Below the pieces are notes generated by a model, which searched no databases, was not told the DNA's origin, and worked only from the letters and a program-made list of their open reading frames with translations. The position numbers and the translations under genes are program-made. From IMG/VR virus record IMGVR_UViG_3300027597_000005, positions 1 to 57,932 of that record: a DNA stretch of 57,932 nt. One strand, 5' to 3'. The first letter of the stretch is position 1, and every line of letters begins with the position of its first letter. Below, in pieces: positions 1 to 9,449 of the stretch. The stretch comes from a virus (Duplodnaviria; Caudoviricetes).

Positions 1-1278
1 GTTCATATTGTAATTAATACGTATGGTTGTATTATTTTGTGTGTCTCTAAAAAACCAATCAACATCAGTATTTGTGTCACCTGAAACAATGTCATTACTG
101 AAACTGGTAAACGCCAATGTATCATTTGTTACCCATGTGTATCCTAATACATTACTTGATATATTTCCATTAGTTGCAGATTTAGATACACGGGTTAATA
201 TTCTTGTATCTAAATCTTTGAAATACAAATTATCTATAGGGTTTGTTGACGAAGGATCAATATTATATGAGTTTGAAATAAATGCTACCTTAGTTCCATC
301 AGGTGAAAATGTAGCATTTTTGGAATAACCATTACCATAAATAGTCTCTAAGCTATTTTCATTCAACGGTATTATTGTATCGTTCGAAAAGTCATAAACG
401 AAATCATCTACTAATCCATTTGTGTCTGAAGTTATAGAAGTTCCGGTGGTTATGCGAAATAACATCTTGGTTCCATCATCAGACCAAGTTAGTGTTTCAG
501 GTGTAACAATACCAAAACCAAGAATTTCTGGCAATTCTTGCACACGTTGTATTGATGTATCCACCATATTTTTTATGACAAATCCCAATTCATATGAATA
601 GAAAGAAACTTTATTTGGAGCAACCGCAATGTTTATACAGCTACCAATAAAATAAGGTGTTATGTTGGTGTCTTCTTTTCTGGAAACGTGAATTATGTTT
701 CCAGAAGAAATGTTTTTCATATAAACTTCATAATGTGAATTTATATTAATACCACTTACTAAATTATTAGAAAGGGTAACAAAAACAACGTTGTCATTAT
801 CATACCATAATGCTTCGTTTCTGTCTATATTATTGCCAAAAACAGAAGATGTGGATGAAACACGGGTAAATGACGTATCAACAAAATCATATACATACCA
901 TCTATTTCCACTTGGATTTTGCGCAGATAAAATCGTATCAGCGGGTATTAAATTTGTTGATGTAGTTAGAAAAAGTATTTTGGAACCATCAGGAGAAAAT
1001 GCCGCATTGTATACCAATTCGTTTAACGTAGTGTTTGGTGGAAGTGGACAACTACCGTTTCCGCTGTTTATCTGAAATAAATCATTTGTTATTAAGTTTT
1101 TACAATATAATTGGTAAGTAGATAGATATGTATCGTTTTGATAGTCATAGTCTTGAACCCAAAAAGCAACTTTAGTGCCATCTGGTGAATAAAACGGATA
1201 CAAACAAGTTGAATGTATAAGAAGACCATTCTCTTGAATTGAAATAATGTTTAGTGTTTTATCCAATAATACTTGCAT
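1..1278 (-). CDS. TolB-like (PD40-repeat) beta-propeller protein, 3' end runs off the window
   Basis: Not in the ORF track because there is no stop in the window. Manual translation from ATG 1278 (GAAGG upstream): MQVLLDKTLNII...FYSPDGTKVAFW...AFSPDGSKILF...TWSDDGTKMLF...TFSPDGTKVAFISN, open to base 1. Confidence 0.8.
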   Translation of the reverse strand, partial: MQVLLDKTLNIISIQENGLLIHSTCLYPFYSPDGTKVAFWVQDYDYQNDTYLSTYQLYCKNLITNDLFQINSGNGSCPLPPNTTLNELVYNAAFSPDGSKILFLTTSTNLIPADTILSAQNPSGNRWYVYDFVDTSFTRVSSTSSVFGNNIDRNEALWYDNDNVVFVTLSNNLVSGININSHYEVYMKNISSGNIIHVSRKEDTNITPYFIGSCINIAVAPNKVSFYSYELGFVIKNMVDTSIQRVQELPEILGFGIVTPETLTWSDDGTKMLFRITTGTSITSDTNGLVDDFVYDFSNDTIIPLNENSLETIYGNGYSKNATFSPDGTKVAFISNSYNIDPSSTNPIDNLYFKDLDTRILTRVSKSATNGNISSNVLGYTWVTNDTLAFTSFSNDIVSGDTNTDVDWFFRDTQNNTTIRINYNMN

Positions 1279-1318
1279 TTTACCTTCTCATTTTTGTCTA
1301 TTTACAATAGGAGTGTTT

Positions 1319-1807
1319 ATGACAGATTTATACCAAAATTTAAACAAACTTACTAGCAATCGTGCAACCCTAGAGTTTTCAGCATTTCCACATTTGAGTT
1401 TTACATTACAACGTTATCCTTTACCCGGAATAAATCTTGGGGTCGCCCAACAATCTTCGCCTTTATTTGATAAACCGATTTATGGTGACAAATTATATTT
1501 TGGTGACTTATATTTGGAGTTTGCTGTTAGTGAAAACATGCAGAATTGGTATGAGGTATTTAAGTGGATGTGGGGTATAGCCAATCCGTCAGAACATCCT
1601 ATCAGTGCAGAATTCACATATGTTGACGCAGCAATGACAATATACACCAGCCATAATAATCCAATGATGAAGGTTACATTTATGGATGTGGTTCCTGTCT
1701 CTTTGGGTGAACTTGATTTTAGTGAACAAACATCAGAAACTATGGAAATATACAGCATGTTGATATTGAAATATCAACGTTACGAAATAGAGTTTTATGA
1801 CGTTTGA
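1319..1807 (+). CDS. gp3: Tail tube terminator / tail completion protein (T4 gp3-like)
   Basis: LPGINLG, IYGDKLYFGDL, V.ENMQNWYEVFKWM, DA.MTIYTSHNNP motifs. AGGAG RBS precedes ATG 1319. Adjacent to uvsY as in T4-like phages. Confidence 0.85.
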   Translation: MTDLYQNLNKLTSNRATLEFSAFPHLSFTLQRYPLPGINLGVAQQSSPLFDKPIYGDKLYFGDLYLEFAVSENMQNWYEVFKWMWGIANPSEHPISAEFTYVDAAMTIYTSHNNPMMKVTFMDVVPVSLGELDFSEQTSETMEIYSMLILKYQRYEIEFYDV

Positions 1808-1832
1808 CTTTGTATGTTTTTTATGGTACAAT
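1804..1832 (+). promoter_or_regulatory. sigma70-type promoter
   Basis: TTGACT-17 bp-TACAAT with TG extension. Confidence 0.7.
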
Positions 1833-1845
1833 TCGGAGTGAAATT

Positions 1846-1953
1846 ATGAATGATTTATATGCTATTTTGATTGTTGGGATGACAGTGTTAGTTCCGGGTT
1901 TACCATTGTTGGTTAGCTGTTATTATCACTATTATAGTAAATGTTTGAAATGA
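1846..1953 (+). CDS. Small membrane peptide (35 aa)
   Basis: GGAG RBS; MNDLYAILIVGMTVLVPGLPLLVSCYYHYYSKCLK with one hydrophobic segment; fills the gap before uvsY. Confidence 0.55.
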   Translation: MNDLYAILIVGMTVLVPGLPLLVSCYYHYYSKCLK

Positions 1954-1962
1954 AGGATTGAA

Positions 1963-2403
1963 ATGTTATTAGAAGATATAGAAAAGCAATGGGCGGAAGA
2001 CGTTGAAATTAATCCTCTTAAATTGGACTCTGAAAGTCTAAAGATACCAAAACTACATGCTAAGTATTACAAAATACTTGTGCATGAAAAAATGGTTTTG
2101 ATAAAGCTGAAAACAAAACTAGAAGAAAAGGAACATGTTTTAGAACAGTTTTATAATAAAACACTAACGATTGAAGAATTGAATCATTATAATCTTCCTC
2201 TAGTTCAGGATAAAAAAGTAATGCGACAGGACATACCAACTGTTATTGCCAATAGACCTGACGTGATAGAATTAAAAACAAAGGTGGGGGTTCAACACAT
2301 AAAAATTGAATTCCTAGAATCTATTTTAAAAAGCATTCAAGGAAGAAACTGGAATATCAGGGACGCAATTGAGTGGAGAAAGTTTGAAAATGGGTCATAC
2401 TAA
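1963..2403 (+). CDS. uvsY: Recombination mediator UvsY
   Basis: W.ED.EI...LDSESLKIPKLHAKY and RNWNIRDAIEWRKF.NG motifs. Confidence 0.9.
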   Translation: MLLEDIEKQWAEDVEINPLKLDSESLKIPKLHAKYYKILVHEKMVLIKLKTKLEEKEHVLEQFYNKTLTIEELNHYNLPLVQDKKVMRQDIPTVIANRPDVIELKTKVGVQHIKIEFLESILKSIQGRNWNIRDAIEWRKFENGSY

Positions 2404-2704
2404 TAAGAAGGGCTGCTGTGGTGCATGCCCTTTTGCTTTTACGGATGAATCGGAATACGTACAGGGTCTTGGTTGTCTTCCAGAACCATATGACATTAAG
2501 AAGATGAAGGAAGAAAGTGGGCATAATTGGGCATGTCATGAAGATGAAACTAAGATATGCACCGGATATGTACTTCACGCTAAAAAATATTGGCCACACC
2601 ATGATGTAAAAAGTGGTGGTCTTATATCTTATACCAATTGGCATCAATTTGGCCCAGAAGAAGCCATGAGACTAGCTGGTTTACAAAACAATACACAAGA
2701 ATAA
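2390..2704 (+). CDS. Hypothetical Cys-rich protein
   Basis: CGACPF, GCLP, WACH, ICTG motifs; start overlaps the uvsY end. Confidence 0.6.
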   Translation: MGHTNKKGCCGACPFAFTDESEYVQGLGCLPEPYDIKKMKEESGHNWACHEDETKICTGYVLHAKKYWPHHDVKSGGLISYTNWHQFGPEEAMRLAGLQNNTQE

Positions 2705-2753
2705 TTGTATTCAAATATATTTTATTGTATAATTTAATTTTTAGGAGAACAAC

Positions 2754-3131
2754 ATGTTCAAATGGTCATTTGATGTTCTTAATTGCAGCCCTAAAAGGGT
2801 ATATGAAGAATACAGTGCATATAAAGTTTTCAATTTTAAACGTTGCTATGAAACAATCGACAGATATGCTACAAAAGACATGTATGTTGAAGTTGGTATA
2901 CTCGAAGATTGGCATTCTACCAGTGATATATTGGTTGAAAATGGCGTGTTAAATGAAAATGTAGATTTTCAACAATGGTCTACACGTGGGACGCCAGCAA
3001 TGAAAATTAATGGTTCTGTTGTACCATGTTTTATATATTCTAACGGTACTGCGTATAATAGAAATTATTCATATTGGAAAGCTGCCGCTAAAGTTAGATT
3101 GGAAATGTTAGACCGAAAGGTGTTTGAATGA
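2754..3131 (+). CDS. Hypothetical protein
   Basis: AGGAG RBS; ATGA overlap with the next gene. Confidence 0.7.
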   Translation: MFKWSFDVLNCSPKRVYEEYSAYKVFNFKRCYETIDRYATKDMYVEVGILEDWHSTSDILVENGVLNENVDFQQWSTRGTPAMKINGSVVPCFIYSNGTAYNRNYSYWKAAAKVRLEMLDRKVFE

Positions 3132-3535
3132 AGGTTATTAAGAAGTACACACAAGAAAATATTGAAGACTTGTTTTTACGAGCATGTAAGAGCAAATATA
3201 GCATGCATAAAGTTGAAATGGTCTATCGTCGTTTTTACTCAAGGCAACCAATTCGTTATAAGATGTTGGCAAATATACTGTCACGATTGATAGACAACCG
3301 TTTGACCATCACGATTGATCGTCTTGAACTTATAGATGACATTCGACCGCATAAAATCAGCTTGAAGCAAGATAACCGTGAAGTAAGTGATGAAAGCTAT
3401 TATGAGCAAGTATGTTTATTTTTCGTTAATAAGATAACATTGGCTGAAATACATCAAGTGAAGGATTATAAAATACCCGCATATTGGAGAAATTATGAAA
3501 AATACGAAGCTTTGTTATCCATTAAAAGTAATTAA
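3128..3535 (+). CDS. Hypothetical protein
   Basis: Translationally coupled ORF in a plus-strand operon. Confidence 0.65.
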   Translation: MKVIKKYTQENIEDLFLRACKSKYSMHKVEMVYRRFYSRQPIRYKMLANILSRLIDNRLTITIDRLELIDDIRPHKISLKQDNREVSDESYYEQVCLFFVNKITLAEIHQVKDYKIPAYWRNYEKYEALLSIKSN

Positions 3536-4043
3536 TCTTTGGGGCGGCCCCGGATCGGGAAAATCTACTACAGCAGCAGGTCTTTTTCATTTAATGAAAA
3601 AGAAACATTATGATGTTGAGTTGATTACAGAATATGCAAAAGACATGGTTTGGGAAAGACAACACCCTGACCATTTCACGAATCAAGTTTATATTTCCGC
3701 AACCCAGAATAATAAACAACTGAACTTGGTTTCACATAATGTTGAATATTGTATTACTGATAGTCCAGTATTAATGTCTGCTTTGTATAGACCAAAAAAC
3801 TATTACAAGAACTTTCTCCCTTTGTTGTTGGAAATGCACCATTCATACCAAAATATCAACTTTTTCTTACAACGTGATTTTGAATATGTTGAAAAAGGAA
3901 GAAACAAAACCGAAAAACAAGCACAGAAACTTTCAAATAAAATTTTAAAGTTTTTGGATAAACACAACATAGAGTATCATATCATCAAAACAGATTATGA
4001 TACATCCAATAAAATATTTGAGATTATTAATGCAAAAAATTGA
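3495..4043 (+). CDS. P-loop ATPase/kinase, NadR/Ttd14 (AAA_28)-like
   Basis: INLWGGPGSGKST Walker A; EYAKDMVWE; ITDSPVL; GR.KTE. Confidence 0.75.
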   Translation: MKNTKLCYPLKVINLWGGPGSGKSTTAAGLFHLMKKKHYDVELITEYAKDMVWERQHPDHFTNQVYISATQNNKQLNLVSHNVEYCITDSPVLMSALYRPKNYYKNFLPLLLEMHHSYQNINFFLQRDFEYVEKGRNKTEKQAQKLSNKILKFLDKHNIEYHIIKTDYDTSNKIFEIINAKN

Positions 4044-4365
4044 TTGCTGGGAAATATGTGGTATACTAAACAGTGGAAGTCCTCATGAGGACTTCTATAC
4101 ATGTATCCCGTCAAAAGCAAATCATTTACACATCAATGGTACAATTATTGATGGAGACAATGAAATTATTCATTTAATTGGTACAATTTTTGAATTGATA
4201 GAAACAGAAAACAACCACATAATCCGTGTAGATAACGACGAAAAATATATTTTGGGCGATGTTAGTGATCGTTATGAATATGAACTTGGTTATGCGAATG
4301 GCGGAATTTTAAAAGAACTTATAGAAGTTTGTAAAAAGAAAGGTATGTATAAATGCAAATTATAA
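3997..4365 (+). CDS. Hypothetical protein (start may be 4030)
   Basis: Overlapping ORF in the operon; weak resemblance to the N-terminus of the next ORF. Confidence 0.6.
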   Translation: MIHPIKYLRLLMQKIDCWEICGILNSGSPHEDFYTCIPSKANHLHINGTIIDGDNEIIHLIGTIFELIETENNHIIRVDNDEKYILGDVSDRYEYELGYANGGILKELIEVCKKKGMYKCKL

Positions 4366-5000
4366 ATGATTGGGTGTTATTTGAACAAACCATGCCATAT
4401 GAGCTTGTGGCACCAACGCAAATACCGTTTCGTGTTTATGGTAAAATAAGTTCATATTGGGATGTTCCTGTGTCATTTAAACAAAAACCTATTGACTTTG
4501 TTGAAGAAGGTGAAATAATGACAACCACTATTGTAAAAATTCTTTATGAAAACGGCAATGCTTTTTTTGTTACTAATGATGGTTATTATTTCGTCATTGG
4601 GAAAGTTAATAAAGAATATAATAAGAAGTATCACTCTGCATATATTACACTTTTCGACAAAATGCAGGAAGCAGGATTATGTGAACATGTATGGACGGTG
4701 CCGGAAACCTTGTGGGATAAAAAGTTTGCAGAAAGCGTAACATTATCTCTTATGTGGTATGATGGATATATTTCATTTTTATCGGAAAGTGATGGAAAGC
4801 ACTATTACTTTAATCTATGCGATGCGGAACCTGCGGGAAATGAACAATATTATCGTGTTTATAAAGGATTTGAAGTATCAGAAGATTTAATTAAAAAAAT
4901 TAAATTAATGTATTCTTCACCAAATGAAAACTTACTAGGTGACGTTGAAAAATTAATACATGAAAATGGCATGAAGGTGGTTACATATACAAAATGGTGA
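4353..5000 (+). CDS. Hypothetical protein
   Basis: 215-aa ORF with AAGG RBS. Confidence 0.7.
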   Translation: MQIINDWVLFEQTMPYELVAPTQIPFRVYGKISSYWDVPVSFKQKPIDFVEEGEIMTTTIVKILYENGNAFFVTNDGYYFVIGKVNKEYNKKYHSAYITLFDKMQEAGLCEHVWTVPETLWDKKFAESVTLSLMWYDGYISFLSESDGKHYYFNLCDAEPAGNEQYYRVYKGFEVSEDLIKKIKLMYSSPNENLLGDVEKLIHENGMKVVTYTKW

Positions 5001-5003
5001 AAC

Positions 5004-5564
5004 TTATTTCACCATGTATTGTTGATTATTCATACACCATATAGCATAAGCATCTACCATATCCGATACAGGGTTCCCTACATCATTTGGTTCTGATGGG
5101 TCGCCTATAGCCATATGAATATCATATGGACAAATCTTTTTAAATGAAAGAAACATCATACCTTTGTTAGAATTACCGCTTCCTGTAAAATATTTTTTTA
5201 TCTGGGTTGGTGCCAATACATCATAAGGTATGTCATTTTTATACATCTTATATTTCAATACTTCTGTATTTTCAGCAATTTGAAATACTTGACCGGCAGA
5301 ACTGCCATATGCATATCCCTCCATCATAACATGATCAACTTTTTCAGTTTTAAGTATTTCCATGAATAGTTCTGAAAGACGATCATATCTTTCCTGATCT
5401 GTTTTCCACAACGGATATGTCAACAAAGTTATTTGTGATTTATTTGAATAATGTCTTTTTTTAGTTGCAAATGAATAAAATTTAAGGTCATCAAAAGACG
5501 ACCCTACCTTTCCAATAACTAAAGCTGGACATGTTATAGAATAATCTATACCAGCTAAAATCAT
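5004..5564 (-). CDS. RuvC-like Holliday junction resolvase
   Basis: AGIDYS, MEGYAYGS, PTQIKKYFTGSGNSNK, DMVDAYAI: RNase H-fold acidic residues. Confidence 0.8.
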   Translation of the reverse strand: MILAGIDYSITCPALVIGKVGSSFDDLKFYSFATKKRHYSNKSQITLLTYPLWKTDQERYDRLSELFMEILKTEKVDHVMMEGYAYGSSAGQVFQIAENTEVLKYKMYKNDIPYDVLAPTQIKKYFTGSGNSNKGMMFLSFKKICPYDIHMAIGDPSEPNDVGNPVSDMVDAYAIWCMNNQQYMVK

Positions 5565-5565
5565 T

Positions 5566-6048
5566 TTATTCCCCTGTGTTATTTAAATTATGTAACAAGT
5601 TAGTATGACGTTGTTGTTCTGCCTCACCTTTAACTTGATGTCTAATTGCAGATGCTAGGTTTCCATTGGTCGCATGTTGTTTCGCCATAGAAAAATGGTA
5701 CTGAGCTAGATGGTGACTTACTTCTGCGTGTGCATTGTTAATTATATTCTGGTGCCTTAGCTGTTTTTCAGTGTCACCGTTTTCATGATGAAAACGCACC
5801 ATGTCTTTACTATGGTTTATAATATGACCGTACATCTTTGCAGCAGCTATATGATGTTCTGGGCTTCCCACGGGATGACTGTCCATTTCAACTTTACTAG
5901 CATGCATATTGCGCATATCATTGAAATCTTCATCCAACCCCTGTGCAAAAAACTTGTATGAGCTTCTTTCTAAAGGGTTTAAGTTTATTTCATTTTCAAT
6001 ATCATTAAAATCGACATTATCAGGTTTAACTACGTTAGTTTCCATCAT
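5566..6048 (-). CDS. His-rich hypothetical protein, possible head-internal protein
   Basis: GLDED motif followed by His-rich helical repeats. Confidence 0.6.
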   Translation of the reverse strand: MMETNVVKPDNVDFNDIENEINLNPLERSSYKFFAQGLDEDFNDMRNMHASKVEMDSHPVGSPEHHIAAAKMYGHIINHSKDMVRFHHENGDTEKQLRHQNIINNAHAEVSHHLAQYHFSMAKQHATNGNLASAIRHQVKGEAEQQRHTNLLHNLNNTGE

Positions 6049-6167
6049 TAGTCCTCAATCTCTATATCCAATTCTTCTCCGCAATACGGACAATAGTGTA
6101 TGTTGTAATCGGAATGTAATTCCTTTATTTTAAATTCTGATTCGCAAGATATGCAAATTATTTCCAC
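6048..6167 (-). CDS. Small zinc-ribbon protein (39 aa)
   Basis: GGAG RBS, GTG start; MEIICISCESEF...HYCPYCGEELDIEIED; stop overlaps the next start. Confidence 0.7.
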   Translation of the reverse strand: MEIICISCESEFKIKELHSDYNIHYCPYCGEELDIEIED

Positions 6168-6246
6168 GTTTTTTTCTCCGATAAAGTCCATTTATATCTC
6201 CATAATAAAAAAGAAGATATTATATCTTCTATATACAAAATAAAAT

Positions 6247-6277
6247 AAAAAGCCAATGTTTTAGCATTGGCTTTTTT
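6247..6277 (-). terminator. Rho-independent terminator after phoH
   Basis: AAAAAGCCAATG-loop-CATTGGCTTTTT hairpin. Confidence 0.75.
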
Positions 6278-6279
6278 GT

Positions 6280-7113
6280 TTACACACGTTTTACTAATTC
6301 AGGGTTTGTATCGTATTGTTTTTCAATGGCTCTTACCCATGCCCCGCAAAGACCAGAACGAACAATATCATCAGAATCAAACTCGGCGATGCCAGTCAAT
6401 TCACCCAATGATTTATATTTGTTAACCATACGCAAGGCCCATTCAAGACCATTTGATGTTCCAATATCTGATTGACGTATATCACCATCTATAACAACTT
6501 TTGAGTTTTCACCAGTACGTGTTACAAATGCAGTCATTTCTTTAACAGTAGTGTTTTGTGCTTCTGTTAAAAGAATCAATGAATTGTTCAATGATCTACC
6601 ACGAATAACTTCAAAAGGAACAATTTCTATATCACCATTTTTCAAGGCGATGCCGTATGCTTCTGGCCCCATATGCATTTTTAAAATATTAATTGTTTCA
6701 GCCAACCACACACTCATTTTTTCTTCTAATGTTCCGGGGAAGAAACCAATTGACGTTTCAACAGCAACAGTGGGTCTTGTTATAATTATTTTATCATAAT
6801 TACCCTTGATAAACTCATGCGCAGCAAAAGTTGTTGTCACATAAGTTTTACCAGTACCAGCAGGCCCATAAACCAATACTTGATCGTAGGTTTCTAATGC
6901 GTGTATCAAATTATATTGTGCTTCTGTTTTCGCTTGCAATGGTTTCAAGCTTGATATTTTATTTTGGTGGTGGCGCTCGGCCTTTTGGTGGGTGGGTTGT
7001 TCTTGAACAGCGGTTTTACGTTGTTTACGCTCTAACCTTGCAAGTTGGCGAGGGGTTAGATAATCGCTGATATCACTTATGTTTTCTTCTGTTATCACAC
7101 GCTTGTTACGCAT
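6280..7113 (-). CDS. phoH: PhoH-family ATPase
   Basis: GPAGTGKT, IIITRP, GFFPG, RGRSL, EAQN, GDIRQSD, DIVRSG. Confidence 0.92.
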   Translation of the reverse strand: MRNKRVITEENISDISDYLTPRQLARLERKQRKTAVQEQPTHQKAERHHQNKISSLKPLQAKTEAQYNLIHALETYDQVLVYGPAGTGKTYVTTTFAAHEFIKGNYDKIIITRPTVAVETSIGFFPGTLEEKMSVWLAETINILKMHMGPEAYGIALKNGDIEIVPFEVIRGRSLNNSLILLTEAQNTTVKEMTAFVTRTGENSKVVIDGDIRQSDIGTSNGLEWALRMVNKYKSLGELTGIAEFDSDDIVRSGLCGAWVRAIEKQYDTNPELVKRV

Positions 7114-7158
7114 AATGCATTCCTTTGTTAATGGTTAATATAAAACTCTACTCTCCAA

Positions 7159-7416
7159 TTATTTTCTAAATTGGAATTGTTGTGTTTGGTTCAATGTACT
7201 TGCCAATTGCGAGGCCATACTCATAAGTCTTCTGGAAGTTTGAACGTCTCCTTTTAATAGATATACGTTTGACAATGATTTGAGATGAAGATATAGACTT
7301 TGATAGCTGGTTTGAATGATTTGTTGAAAATCATCTTGTGTATTGATATTGCGAATGTCGGTCATGACCGTTTCTGAAAGAGTTTTAATTCCTAAAAAGT
7401 CGTTATAACTTATCAT
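7159..7416 (-). CDS. Hypothetical protein with a capsid-targeting-like N-terminus
   Basis: GGGGA RBS before ATG 7416; MISYNDFLGIKTLSE. Confidence 0.6.
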   Translation of the reverse strand: MISYNDFLGIKTLSETVMTDIRNINTQDDFQQIIQTSYQSLYLHLKSLSNVYLLKGDVQTSRRLMSMASQLASTLNQTQQFQFRK

Positions 7417-7520
7417 AAAATCCCCGTGTAAAAAGTTCATGTAGATATATGTGTAACGTCTACATGTTTTTATTTACGTTACCAACAAATATATTTTCAC
7501 ACATAAAGGAACAGAATTGA

Positions 7521-8993
7521 ATGAGTATTGTACATTTAGAATCAATTAACGAATCTTTTGTTAGATTGAATACTGACGTTTCCATTTTGAGGGAACTTTC
7601 CACTAAGTTTTCTTTCAGAGTAGAAGGTTATCAATTCATGACACGCTATAAAGCTGGTGTATGGGATGGTTATATCCGACCAATCAACACAAAAAACGGA
7701 TACTGTCCAAAAGGTATTGTGCCAAAGGTAATTCAGTATTTGAAAGACAACGATTATCAGTTTACTTTAGATGAAGGATTCTCACGCTTCAAAGAAAAAA
7801 TAAAGTTTGATTACAAAACGCTACAACTTCCTCATGAGCCACATGATTACCAATTAAACGCTTTGGAAATATTCACTAGCAAAAAACGCCAAGTTATTCT
7901 TAGCGCCACTGGTTCTGGTAAGTCAATGACAATTTACATGATGATTCATTCTATTCTTGACTATATGGAAGAAGACAGAAAAATATTGATATTGGTTCCT
8001 ACAGTGGGCCTTGTAACACAGCTTTTCAACGACTTTAAAGATTACTCAGTCAACAATAAATGGGATGTTGATGGAAGTGTTCACATGATCATGGGTGGAA
8101 AAGATAAAAATTCTTCAAAAAAGATTTATATCAGCACTTGGCAAAGCATTTATAACATCAAAGATAACGACTATTTTGAGCGTTTTGAAGCTATCATTGC
8201 CGATGAATGTCATACCTGTGCGGCAGCATCGTTATCAGCCATCATGGAACGCTCTATAAACGCATTCTACCGTGTTGGAGTGTCCGGGACACTCGACGGG
8301 TCACTTATAGCTGAAACGGCCCTTATAGGCCATTTTGGGCCTATTAGAAGGGTGTCTTCTACTAGTGATCTAATCGAAAGAAATATATTGGCAAAATTGA
8401 AAATATTTTTGTTGACTTTAAAGTATCCAGATGATATCGTAAAAGAGACAAAGTATTTTGATTATGCTGCGGAAATGGATTGGATTGTCCGCAATGATTA
8501 CCGTAATAGATACATTAGTAAGTTGGCAAAATCATTAAATGGAAATACACTTATACTTATTCAATATATTGAAAAACAGGGTCGTGTTTTAGAACAAATG
8601 TTAAAAGAAACATGCCCTGATAAACAAGTCTATTTTGTTTATGGGGGAACTGATGCTGATGATCGTGAATCTGTTCGTAAAATTGCTGAATCACATTCGA
8701 ATGTGATAATTTTGGCATCGTATCCTGTTTTCCAAGCTGGTGTCAATATTCGTAACTTACCAAATTTGATTTTGGGGTCGCCAACAAAATCTGTTATTAG
8801 ATTGCTACAATCAATTGGCCGTGGGTTGAGAAAACACGATGATAAAGAATATTGCCGTGTCTTTGATATTGCCGACGATTTGCGTGGCAGTCGCAAAAAA
8901 CTTAATTATACACTTAAACATTGTTTAGAACGTTTGAAAATATATCAAAACGAAGGATTCGATGTTATTGAAAAAACAATTAATACAAAATAA
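7521..8993 (+). CDS. uvsW: UvsW RNA-DNA/DNA helicase
   Basis: GVWDGYIR, ATGSGKS, STWQS, DECH, SGT, QSIGRGLR, DIADD. Confidence 0.95.
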   Translation: MSIVHLESINESFVRLNTDVSILRELSTKFSFRVEGYQFMTRYKAGVWDGYIRPINTKNGYCPKGIVPKVIQYLKDNDYQFTLDEGFSRFKEKIKFDYKTLQLPHEPHDYQLNALEIFTSKKRQVILSATGSGKSMTIYMMIHSILDYMEEDRKILILVPTVGLVTQLFNDFKDYSVNNKWDVDGSVHMIMGGKDKNSSKKIYISTWQSIYNIKDNDYFERFEAIIADECHTCAAASLSAIMERSINAFYRVGVSGTLDGSLIAETALIGHFGPIRRVSSTSDLIERNILAKLKIFLLTLKYPDDIVKETKYFDYAAEMDWIVRNDYRNRYISKLAKSLNGNTLILIQYIEKQGRVLEQMLKETCPDKQVYFVYGGTDADDRESVRKIAESHSNVIILASYPVFQAGVNIRNLPNLILGSPTKSVIRLLQSIGRGLRKHDDKEYCRVFDIADDLRGSRKKLNYTLKHCLERLKIYQNEGFDVIEKTINTK

Positions 8994-9002
8994 AGGAAAT
9001 AT

Positions 9003-9420
9003 ATGAGTCTATTTTTATCTTTAACCCATGACGAACTTCAAGAGAATTTCAAAACGTCAATATTGTGTGTTTTAACACTGGTCAACTCAGACACTATCAT
9101 ATGCAATGCAAAAGAAATCCGGAGAAAAAACGATATTGTTTAACCCGGTTTTAATGGAGGGTTATGTTGATGAAAACCAAGTTTTCCAATACTTCTTCAA
9201 ACCTATATGCATGGCTTCAAAAGATAATTTCACTGTTATTGATAGTAGTAAAATATTATATGCATCATCAATTGATGCTAGTTTTAAAGCAGATTATATT
9301 GAATATCAAAAAACACGCATTCAAAAACAACTTGATGCAAAGGCTGAAAGTGAAAAAATGAATGTGGATGATACAGATTCTTCAAATGTTGTGCAGTTAA
9401 ATAAACGACAATTACACTAA
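9003..9420 (+). pseudogene. Post-uvsW gene (Sm-like fold suspected) interrupted by a +1 frameshift near 9110-9130
   Basis: AAGGA RBS and ATG 9003 give a 46-aa frame stopping at 9143. The 9106..9420 frame is +1 and lacks an RBS. Joined they read LTLVNSDTIICNAKE-SGEKTILFNPV. Confidence 0.55.
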
Positions 9421-9423
9421 AAG

Positions 9424-9449
9424 AAAAAGGAGCTTATGCTCCTTTTTTT
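9424..9449. terminator. Bidirectional terminator between convergent genes
   Basis: AAAAAGGAGC-TTAT-GCTCCTTTTTTT. Confidence 0.75.

Noticed and set aside
23-1075. Plus-strand ORFs 23..328 and 791..1075
   Set aside because: Antisense shadows of the minus-strand beta-propeller gene
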